Assembly (NCBI GenBank): GCA_049647745.1
Contig: JBARYG010000002.1
Coordinates: 13,383 to 77,382 of the forward strand
Direction of reading: 5' to 3'
Length of the DNA stretch: 64,000 bases
DNA from: Mesorhizobium sp.
GTDB lineage: Bacteria > Pseudomonadota > Alphaproteobacteria > Rhizobiales > Rhizobiaceae
Position 1 is the stretch's first letter, and each line of letters opens with the position of its first letter. Shown here piece by piece: positions 56,888 through 64,000 of this stretch. Made by a program: the position numbers and the translations under genes. The notes below the pieces were generated by a model. It did not search any database and was not told the DNA's origin. It saw nothing but the letters and a program-made list of their open reading frames with translations.

Positions 56888-56907
56888 TCATGCCTCCGCC
56901 AACGGTC
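56888..56907 (-). other. Stem-loop GGAGGCAT-aatc-ATGCCTCC just downstream of the DUF2892 gene
   Basis: 8-bp perfect stem without a clear U-tract. Sits at the head of a 320-nt untranslated spacer before the RND module. Confidence 0.35.
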
Positions 56908-56925
56908 TGAGCGCATAGGCATGGG

Positions 56926-57129
56926 TTATTTGAAGGTGACGCCACTCTTGCAACCAACCTTCTTGAAGAAGATGGCAGCCGGGCAGAATCTCGTCACCGA
57001 GGCCTGGATCAGGTTAACCCCGACGAAGGCCGTGAGCAGATACCACCAGGGCGAAACATAGAAGCCCAGCCCCAGCGATATGAGCACCATGCAGCCTGCG
57101 AACATCATGACCGCGCGATCGATTGTCAT
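56926..57129 (-). CDS. DUF2892 (YgaP-like transmembrane domain) protein
   Basis: 67 aa. AAGGAG upstream, two TM helices, and LIQASVTRFCPA is the characteristic motif. Confidence 0.8.
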   Translation of the reverse strand: MTIDRAVMMFAGCMVLISLGLGFYVSPWWYLLTAFVGVNLIQASVTRFCPAAIFFKKVGCKSGVTFK

Positions 57130-57156
57130 TAGCTTCTCCTTTTGATTAAGCGACGC

Positions 57157-58449
57157 TCAGTCTGCGTTCTCCAGATGGATTCCCTTGAGTTTCTTGATGC
57201 CGAGCACATCAAGCGCCAAGCCCTCATAGAAAGTCTCGCTCTTGCCCTGCCGCACCTTGTGCAGGAAGTACTTTTCGAAGCCGATCTTGGCCGCATGCAC
57301 CCATTTTCCCTGTGAGGACCAATTGATATTGCGCGGCGGAATCTGCGGTTGCGCCACGAAGGCTATGCCTTCATCGCCGAAATCCGCGAGGCAGACAGCA
57401 TTCCAGGTAGCGACAGCCCTTGGCTCCTCGCCACGCAGGAGCGCCGCGATATTCTCAACGGTCGCCGTCACCATGGATTCGATCATGAAGCCGGTTTTCG
57501 GCACCCCGACCGCAAGCGGTGTCTTGCCGACCGGCGGTATGGCAACGCACACACCGACAGAGAAGACGTTGGGGTAGATCTGATTACGCTGATACTTGTC
57601 GATGGTTACGAAGCCCCGCGGGTTTACCAGACCTTCTACGCCTGCCACGGCCGGGACGCCTCGGAAGGCAGGGAGCATCATCGAGAAGGCGAAGGGAAGA
57701 TCATGGCCTGCCCTGCGCGAACCGTCTTCATTGACCTCCTCGACATGCATGGCGCCTGCTTCGACCGAGATCACCTTTGCGTTGGTGATCCATTTGATAT
57801 GCCGGTCGCGCATAGCACTTTCGAGCAGGCCCTTGGTGTCGCCCACTCCATCGAGGCCGAGATGGCCGATATAGGGCTCGGGCGTGACGAAGGTGATCGG
57901 TACCCTGTCGCGCACCTTGGCTCTGCGCAGCGCTGTATCGAGGATGAAGGCGAACTCATAGGCGGGTCCATAGCAGGAAGCGCCCTGCACCGCGCCGACG
58001 ACGACAGGACCGGGCGCCTTCAAAAGTTCGTCAAACTTCAGCTTTGTCGCGACTGCATGATCAGTCTGGCAGATCGACTGCGTGTGGCCCGAAGGCCCGA
58101 GGCCCGGCACTTCGTCAAATGCAAGGTCGGGACCGGTGGCGATGACGAGATAGTCGTATTCGACAAAGGATCCGTCGTTCAATTCGACACGGTTCTCCTT
58201 CGGGAGCACTTTTCTTGCTCCTTCCGGTCGAAGCGCGATGTCCCGCCGGGCGAAAGTCCGGGCCAGATCCACACTGATCTCGTCTCGATCGCGCCAGCCT
58301 ACCGCCACCCATGGGTTCGATGGCACGAAGGAATAGGTCGAACCCAGATTGATGACCGTCAGCTGATCTTCGCGTGCGAGCTTCGCTCGCATTTCGTAGG
58401 CCATGAGTGTACCGCCCAGACCGGCCCCCAGAACGACGATATGCGACAT
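57157..58449 (-). CDS. sqr: Sulfide:quinone oxidoreductase
   Basis: Start at ATG 58449: MSHIVVLGAGLGGT (FAD fold). Conserved Cys contexts QGASCYGPAYEF and SVGVCVAIPP. 430 aa. Confidence 0.88.
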   Translation of the reverse strand: MSHIVVLGAGLGGTLMAYEMRAKLAREDQLTVINLGSTYSFVPSNPWVAVGWRDRDEISVDLARTFARRDIALRPEGARKVLPKENRVELNDGSFVEYDYLVIATGPDLAFDEVPGLGPSGHTQSICQTDHAVATKLKFDELLKAPGPVVVGAVQGASCYGPAYEFAFILDTALRRAKVRDRVPITFVTPEPYIGHLGLDGVGDTKGLLESAMRDRHIKWITNAKVISVEAGAMHVEEVNEDGSRRAGHDLPFAFSMMLPAFRGVPAVAGVEGLVNPRGFVTIDKYQRNQIYPNVFSVGVCVAIPPVGKTPLAVGVPKTGFMIESMVTATVENIAALLRGEEPRAVATWNAVCLADFGDEGIAFVAQPQIPPRNINWSSQGKWVHAAKIGFEKYFLHKVRQGKSETFYEGLALDVLGIKKLKGIHLENAD

Positions 58450-58598
58450 GGCTATACCTTTGCTTGCTTCAGTTTCGCGAGATTGTGCATGAGTCCCGCC
58501 GATCTGCATTGACCGACCTCAATTTTCGGCCGAAGCATCGAGACTGTGGATGGTCGTCGTCCATCAGCCGTCTTGCATCTAACATTCAAGGATTATAA

Positions 58599-58614
58599 AT
58601 TCAATAGCATGAAT
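58599..58614. promoter_or_regulatory. ATTC-N8-GAAT dyad (candidate BigR/SqrR operator) overlapping the regulator start codon
   Basis: ATTCaatagcatGAAT. It is nested in the larger repeat CATTCA(58583)...TGAATG(58615). Confidence 0.45.
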
Positions 58615-58923
58615 GTAAAAGAAATGATCCCTGCGTCGGCACGAGCAGCCGACCTGATGCGGAGCCTCTCCCATCCGCAACGGCTCCTTGTGCTTTGTGC
58701 CCTGGTCGATGGCGAAAAATCGGTGGCCGAATTGCGCGAGTTGCTCGGCATCGAACAAGTGCCGATGTCACAACAACTCATGCGCCTGAGGGCGGATGGC
58801 TTGGTTGAGGCGCGGCGGAAAGGAACGACCGTTTTCTACCGCATCACGCGGCCAGAAGTGCTGACCGTCGTTGGCGCCGTGCACGCGGCATTCTGTCCGC
58901 CCGTCAGCAGCAAGCGGCCGTAG
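58609..58923 (+). CDS. ArsR-family persulfide-sensing repressor of the BigR/SqrR type
   Basis: LSHPQRLLVLCALVDGEKSVAELRELLGIEQVPMSQQLMRLRADGLV is the wHTH. One Cys precedes the HTH (LVLCAL) and one lies near the C-terminus (AAFCPP), the arrangement recalled for BigR/SqrR. Confidence 0.75.
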   Translation: MNVKEMIPASARAADLMRSLSHPQRLLVLCALVDGEKSVAELRELLGIEQVPMSQQLMRLRADGLVEARRKGTTVFYRITRPEVLTVVGAVHAAFCPPVSSKRP

Positions 58924-58929
58924 AAGGAC

Positions 58930-59500
58930 ACGAAATGGCACCTGTGACGAGCGTGCTCAACGCTAGACGCGATGACGGCTCTGGCATGCACCAAAGAAGT
59001 CGGGCGCAGACGGTCGCAAACCTCGGGCAGTTCGTGTTCTGGAATGCCCGGACCAAAGTTCTCGATTGCAACGGCTACTATGCTCTCCCCACGCCTCAAA
59101 TAACAGCGGACGGGTCTGTCGGGCAGCGAATGCAGGATTGCATTTTCAAGTAGGTTGTGCTTGGCGACCTCGAACAATGAGAGACCGACGCCGAGCCTCA
59201 GCCGACCAAGTTCGATGGCGATCGGAACGGAGCTGCACCACCATGCTATCGGCCTATATCACTGGCTAGGTCTCACGGAACCGCGCGAACATCAACAGAA
59301 CCCCCTTGAGACTCGAGTTCGCGTCTTCCATACGCGTCAGATCACTGAGTTGCCGAACCAGACGAGCGATACGATCAACGCCCACAACGATTTGGCTGAG
59401 CGCGGTCTGCGCCGGGTCTTGAGACCGGCAATCGGCGAGCGCAGTCCATGCGCGGCGAAAGCGGTAAAATCGCGCTCGCGTCGACTATCGCCTAAAAGCT
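58930..59500 (-). pseudogene. Sensor histidine kinase remnant (HisKA + HATPase_c pieces; frameshifts, stops, N-terminus missing)
   Basis: RERDFTAFAAHGLRSPIAGLKT, QIVVGVDRIARLVRQLSDLTRMED and NLLENAILHSLPDRPV..VAIENFGPGIPEHELPEV lie in different frames. Confidence 0.5.
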
Positions 59501-59573
59501 TACGGACAACGCATGGACCTGACATAGTGTGCAACACCAAGGATTGGACACAGTAGCCAGAAGGAGTGGGAAG

Positions 59574-60206
59574 TTGGGCACGGAATGGGACAAGCGATAC
59601 GGTCAGGACGATTATCTGTTCGGAACGGAGCCAAACGTATTTCTTACATCCCAATCTTTTAGACTCGAGCGTGGAATGCGTGCTCTGGCGGTCGCCGATG
59701 GTGAAGGGCGAAACGGAGTGTGGCTGGCCGAGCAAGGTATCGACGTCGTTGCGGTAGATGCCTCATTCGTTGGCTTGGAAAAGTCGTGTGCGCTCGCGGC
59801 ACGTCGTGGCGTGAAGCTGACTACGGTGCAGGCCGACTTTGCCGAGTGGAAATGGGAAACCGGGCAGTACGATGCCGTAATCGCCATTTTCATACAGTTC
59901 GCAGAGCCGGCATTGCGCGAGCGGATGTTCGAAGGTTTCTACACCACGCTCAAACCCGGCGGATCGCTCATCATGCAGGGATACCGCGTCGAAAAATTAC
60001 GTTATGGAACCGGCGGCCCTCCAGACGCCGAGCGGCTTTATACCCGGGAGCTTCTTCTGCACTCGTTCGCCTCCTGGGAGGTGCTCCGCCTCCATGAACA
60101 TGACGAGGCAATCGAGGAAGGTATAGGACACTCAGGAACGTCAGCCCTCATAGACTTGGTGGCGCGCAAGCCGGCGGACATTATTTGTTCGCCCACTGCA
60201 AGCTGA
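59574..60206 (+). CDS. Class I SAM-dependent methyltransferase
   Basis: AGGAG-N7-TTG 59574. WDKRYGQDDYLFG..ALAVADGEGRNGVWLAEQG.DVVAVD is motif I. TehB/UbiE-like. Confidence 0.75.
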   Translation: MGTEWDKRYGQDDYLFGTEPNVFLTSQSFRLERGMRALAVADGEGRNGVWLAEQGIDVVAVDASFVGLEKSCALAARRGVKLTTVQADFAEWKWETGQYDAVIAIFIQFAEPALRERMFEGFYTTLKPGGSLIMQGYRVEKLRYGTGGPPDAERLYTRELLLHSFASWEVLRLHEHDEAIEEGIGHSGTSALIDLVARKPADIICSPTAS

Positions 60207-60560
60207 ATGGCACCGCAAGCCGCTGTCGGTGATGCGCCTCGTGCCGCCCGATTGACAGGTTGCGCACGAGCGTCGGGTCGTTGGCGTAAGTCGCTGCCAC
60301 AAAGCCCCTGCTCTCGTTCGAGCTCGATGACTAGTGGTTCTCAATGCCTCTACTATCCCGCGGTTGCGCTTGCTGCCTTCCCTTTCCTTGCTCTTCTCTC
60401 CCTTGATCGTCAGCGTGTGATTGGAAGGCTTGATCTCGACGTTCTTTTCGCTGATCAGCGACGTCAGTTCCTCCTGCACCGGATCGTCGCCGTGGTCCTG
60501 GAGGATAGCGGCATTGTTGTCGTCGGTCGGATTGGACTCGGATCGGACTCGGTTTCGGCC
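60207..60560 (-). pseudogene. Hsp20/alpha-crystallin remnant
   Basis: ..SEKNVEIKPSNHTLTIKGEKSKEREG.. matches the core strand pattern of small heat-shock proteins. The flanks are out of frame. Confidence 0.4.
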
Positions 60561-60621
60561 TCCTTCGTGTCGAACTGGCGCGCCTTTATGATGAAAAAGC
60601 AGACCGTCTCCAGCGGTATCG

Positions 60622-60888
60622 TCAGTTCAACCGTCTGCTCTGTTCCAGTTCCTGCGCCATGTTACATTGTTTGTCGTCCTTTCCGGCCGGTTCGTCTTCG
60701 CGGCCGCGCACGACACGCCGGCCTGTCGTCGGGCCTCGCGTTTGCGTCACCACGGTGACCCGGCCTTCCGATGGGCCGTCGCGCTGGTAATGGATCACCA
60801 CCCAGTCCGAGGTCTTGTCCAGTTCATGCGCCAGCCGGCTGTTCGAATAGAGCGCGGTGAAATGCCAGCCTTCGCGGGAAGCATGCAT
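60622..60888 (-). CDS. Hypothetical protein or gene fragment (C-terminal ..DWVVIHYQRDG..VTVVTQTRGPTTGRRVVRGRE)
   Basis: 88-aa ORF abutting the IS5-type remnant. Family not recognised and it may be N-terminally truncated. Confidence 0.3.
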   Translation of the reverse strand: MHASREGWHFTALYSNSRLAHELDKTSDWVVIHYQRDGPSEGRVTVVTQTRGPTTGRRVVRGREDEPAGKDDKQCNMAQELEQSRRLN

Positions 60889-60894
60889 GATGGG

Positions 60895-61048
60895 AATGCG
60901 CGCCCGAGCGCAGCACCCAAAGCACGCCGTTGACGAAGGTGAGATTATCGCTCCCCGAACGGCCCGGATCGCCGGGCCTGCCGGGTAGCAAATCCCCGAT
61001 CCGCCGCCATTGTTCAGGCGTCAGTTCGTACCGCTTGGGCTTCGACAT
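60895..61048 (-). mobile_element. IS5-family (IS427-like, DUF4096) transposase OrfA N-terminal remnant
   Basis: MSKPKRYELTPEQWRRIGDLLPGRPGDPGRSGSDNLTFVNGVLWVLRSGAH, then similarity stops. Confidence 0.6.
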
Positions 61049-61290
61049 CACAGGCCTCCAGATCAATGAACCTGGAAACCCATGAATCACACTCCTCGAC
61101 AGAACTGAATCCTGAATGTCGATTGAACCTAGTTCTCATAAGAACGTCGGCGCCAACCAACCATTGGAGCAACAAATCGGCCCCTGCCTGAATTGACGTC
61201 GATCAAGGCTCGCGTCGCCCGGGCATGCTCTCATTTCAAAGTCGCGATTTGAATATGCACGCGTCGAACGCGCAAATCATGGAGGTTGAA

Positions 61291-61836
61291 ATGTCAAGAT
61301 CGTGGATCGGGACAGCTCTGGCGACCGTGGCTGCGATCACCATTATCAGCAGCCCGGCTGTAAGCGAAGATCACAGCTGGTGGCCGCACTGGGGCTGGGA
61401 TCGCATGATGGGCGACGATTGGGGTCCGGGCGTGATGGGATGGTGGGGGCGGCAGGATGGTGTGGTCGAGCGCATCGATGGGCGACTTGCCTATATGAAG
61501 ACCGAACTCAAGATAACATCTGAACAGGCAGCAGCATGGGACGCATTCGCCGCCGTTGTTCGAACTTCGGTCGAGACACACAATGATATGATGCGCTCGA
61601 CAGCCAAAAAATCCGACGACGGAGCGATATTCGACAAGCCCCTGCCCGAGCGGCTTGCGTCGCAGATCACGCGGATGGAGGCGCGCTTGGCGCAGATCAA
61701 ATCCGTCAAGGTAGCCGCCGACGATCTTTACGCCGTTCTCACAAACGACCAGAAGGCCGTCGCCGACGATGTCGTCCTCCCGTTGACGGGCCTTGGGATG
61801 GGTCGTAGCCAAGGTCGACACATGATGCGCTGGTGA
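61291..61836 (+). CDS. Spy/CpxP-family (LTXXQ) periplasmic protein
   Basis: GGAGG upstream of ATG 61291. Signal peptide, W/G/M-rich segment HSWWPHWGWDRMMGDDWGPGVMGWWG, then LKITSEQAAAWDAF and LTNDQK motifs. Confidence 0.7.
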   Translation: MSRSWIGTALATVAAITIISSPAVSEDHSWWPHWGWDRMMGDDWGPGVMGWWGRQDGVVERIDGRLAYMKTELKITSEQAAAWDAFAAVVRTSVETHNDMMRSTAKKSDDGAIFDKPLPERLASQITRMEARLAQIKSVKVAADDLYAVLTNDQKAVADDVVLPLTGLGMGRSQGRHMMRW

Positions 61837-61914
61837 AAGGCTGCGTGGCGAAAGGGCGGGCTTTGAATACCCTTACATAGACGGCGGGGCCGATGAGTGC
61901 ATAGGGTGTGCGCC

Positions 61915-63375
61915 ATGTGGACGCTGATCGTCACCCATTGGCCTCATATCCTTGCGGTCGTCTCGACATTGATCGCGGCGGTCGCCGCCGCGCATGCCGC
62001 AATGACGAAAGACGAGGTGCGCGCGGCCATTGGCTGGGTCGGCGTCATTCTCCTGTCGCCGCTGGTAGGCGCGCTGCTCTATGCGGTTGCCGGCATCAAC
62101 CGAATCAGGCGCGTCTCGATCGCGGCGGAACGGTCGGCGGCCGGACACGAAGCGCTGGAACATCCGCGCTTCGATGCAACTTCCGAAGCAGTCGCCAGCC
62201 GCTTCGGCCGGCGGTTTGCCGCGCTGAAGATCGCAGGCGACAGGATAACCCACCACGCGCTGACGACGGCGAACACGATCACCAAGCTGGATACCGGTGA
62301 TGAAGCCTACGCCGCGATGATCGCGGCGATTTCCGCCGCCCAGCGCAGCGTGGTCCTCGAGACCTATATTTTCGACCGCGATCCGATCGGGCTGCGTTTT
62401 GCGGACGCCCTGATCGATGCCGCACGGCGCGGCGTCGCCGTGCGCGTGCTGATCGACGCGGTCGGCGCCCGCTACTCCGTTCCCAGCATCGTCGGTCATC
62501 TGAGCGACAGCGGCGTCACCACCCGCGTCTTCAATGGGCGCATCATCAGCGGGCTACGGCTACCCTACGCCAATCTGAGGACACACCGGAAAATCCTTGT
62601 GGTAGACGGCACCGTCGGGTTCGCGGGCGGGATGAACATCCGGCAAGGCTTCACCGCAGAATTTGCCGGAGCGGACATGGCGCACGACACGCATTTCCGC
62701 ATCGAAGGGCCGGTGATCGCGGACATCTTCTCGGTCGCCGCCGAGGATTGGTACTTCGCCAGCGGCGAGCGACTGCATGGCGACGGGTGGCTGATCGCTT
62801 CTGAAGCGACAACTTATCCCGGTTCCCCCATGTTCATGCGCGCGCTTCCTTCAGGCCCCGATGCGAGCCTCGAAGCAAACCACAAGATGCTGATGGCCGC
62901 CTTCTCCATCGCTCGCCGCTCCATCCGCATCATGTCGCCCTATTTCCTGCCCGACCGCGAACTGATCAGTGCGCTAACGACAGCCGCCCGGCGCGGAATC
63001 AATATCGACATCGTGGTACCGTCCGCCAACAACCTCGTCCTCGTCGATCGCGCGATGACGGCCCAGTTCGATCAGGTCGTCAGGAGCTATTGCCGGGTCT
63101 GGCGCGCGCAGGGGCCTTTCGACCATTCCAAGCTGCTTGTCGTCGATTCCATCTGGGTCTTCGTCGGCTCATCCAATCTCGATCCGCGCTCGCTGAGGCT
63201 GAACTTCGAGGTCGATCTCGAAGTGCTGGACGCCGGCTTCGCGACAAGAATCGAGCGGCGCATCGACGCAGCAATCGGCTCGGCCGTGGAGGTGACACTG
63301 GAAAGCTTGCACGCCAGACCGTTCTTGGAGCGCCTAATCGATCGTATATTGTGGCTCGGATCGCCTTATCTTTAA
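61915..63375 (+). CDS. cls: Cardiolipin synthase (PLD superfamily)
   Basis: Two N-terminal TM helices and two HKD motifs (HRKILVVDG, HSKLLVVDS). Confidence 0.9.
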   Translation: MWTLIVTHWPHILAVVSTLIAAVAAAHAAMTKDEVRAAIGWVGVILLSPLVGALLYAVAGINRIRRVSIAAERSAAGHEALEHPRFDATSEAVASRFGRRFAALKIAGDRITHHALTTANTITKLDTGDEAYAAMIAAISAAQRSVVLETYIFDRDPIGLRFADALIDAARRGVAVRVLIDAVGARYSVPSIVGHLSDSGVTTRVFNGRIISGLRLPYANLRTHRKILVVDGTVGFAGGMNIRQGFTAEFAGADMAHDTHFRIEGPVIADIFSVAAEDWYFASGERLHGDGWLIASEATTYPGSPMFMRALPSGPDASLEANHKMLMAAFSIARRSIRIMSPYFLPDRELISALTTAARRGINIDIVVPSANNLVLVDRAMTAQFDQVVRSYCRVWRAQGPFDHSKLLVVDSIWVFVGSSNLDPRSLRLNFEVDLEVLDAGFATRIERRIDAAIGSAVEVTLESLHARPFLERLIDRILWLGSPYL

Positions 63376-63482
63376 CGGACCGTCCGTGCGTCACCTGTAG
63401 ATTGCAGCGGAAGCCGCAAATACCCAGATAACAGACGCGGCCTGAGATTTAAGCACGGCATCCGCGGGAGACGAAAACGAAC

Positions 63483-64000
63483 ATGCGCAGATTGAGCCCC
63501 TCTTTTCCCACAAGGGTTCTGGAACAGCTTCGAATGCGTCGGCAGCGAGCCGGACAACCACCGGTGACGGAGGGCGCGAAACAGCCGGGCATGATGGTGG
63601 CTTCCTACAACGTCCACAAATGCGTCGGCACCGACGGGAAGTTCGATCCCGAGCGAACCTTCAGGGTCATCCGCGAAATAGATGCAGACGTCGTAGCCCT
63701 GCAAGAAGCCGACCGGCGTTTCGGTAACCAGGAGGGCTTGCTCGACCTCGCGCGTCTGGAGCGCGAGACGGGCCTAGCGCTCGTGCCGGTGTCAGGAAAC
63801 ATGCGGACACATGGCTGGCACGGAAATGTCCTTCTTTTCAGGCGAGGCATCGTCCGCGAGGTTCACCAAATTGCCCTGCCGGGGCTGGAGCCGCGAGGTG
63901 CGATCGTCGCGGAAATCGAACTGGAAGCCAGCGGCGCCGTCAGGATAATAGCGGCGCATTTTGGACTTCTTCGCCGCTCCCGCACCCATCAGGCGCGTTT
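63483..64000 (+). CDS. Endonuclease/exonuclease/phosphatase (EEP) family protein; 3' end outside window
   Basis: Frame is open to the window end. MMVASYNVHKCVG..IDADVVALQEAD..GWHGNVLLFRRG..AIVAEIE. Absent from the ORF track because it has no stop. Start at 63483 or 63591. Confidence 0.75.
   Translation, partial: MRRLSPSFPTRVLEQLRMRRQRAGQPPVTEGAKQPGMMVASYNVHKCVGTDGKFDPERTFRVIREIDADVVALQEADRRFGNQEGLLDLARLERETGLALVPVSGNMRTHGWHGNVLLFRRGIVREVHQIALPGLEPRGAIVAEIELEASGAVRIIAAHFGLLRRSRTHQAR

Noticed and set aside
1-64000. Search for tRNA, rRNA, CRISPR arrays or long tandem repeats
   Set aside because: Reading through, I saw no cloverleaf-like conserved tRNA motifs, no rRNA-like stretches and no regularly spaced direct repeats. 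A tRNAscan, Infernal or CRISPR-finder run would be needed to exclude them formally.

Overview
GC-rich 64-kb window. It reads like part of an accessory replicon or island of a Rhizobiaceae-type alphaproteobacterium; this is inferred from the encoded proteins, and no search was run. Layout:
(i) 1-6.6 kb: the 3' end of a cysteine-synthase-family gene, two single-domain universal stress proteins (USPs), and a six-gene operon of DUF2249 proteins, a polytopic membrane protein and an Nfu_N/DUF59 fusion.
(ii) 6.6-11.8 kb: an IS/pseudogene graveyard (IS66, IS5, IS110 and IS3 remnants, decayed MFS and USP genes) with an intact double cold-shock-domain gene.
(iii) 11.9-21.8 kb: a complete clade-I nitrous-oxide reductase cluster nosRZDFYLX, followed by a ferredoxin-NADP reductase.
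(iv) 21.9-26.3 kb: a ferritin-like gene, pseudoazurin, and an MttB-family methyltransferase with a LysR regulator.
(v) 26.3-51.4 kb: a FixK-centred low-oxygen stress island. It contains fixK itself and at least eight perfect and six one-mismatch TTGA-N6-TCAA boxes. These sit in front of USPs (single and tandem), two host-attachment/baeRF12 paralogues, an MgtA-like P-type ATPase, two cytochromes c, phosphoketolase-acetate kinase, a phosphoribosyltransferase-DUF2267-PNPOx operon and a beta-CASP hydrolase. A second, decaying copy of part of the set is also present (frameshifted or nonsense CBS-BON, DegP, NUDIX and RIC genes).
(vi) 51.8-58.9 kb: a BigR/SqrR-type repressor divergent from sulfide:quinone oxidoreductase-DUF2892, plus a translationally coupled MFP-RND-DUF302 module.
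(vii) 58.9-64 kb: remnants (histidine kinase, Hsp20, IS5), a methyltransferase, a Spy/CpxP-like protein, cardiolipin synthase and the start of an EEP-family gene.
No rRNA, tRNA or CRISPR array was seen. All family names come from reading the translations and none was verified by a database search.
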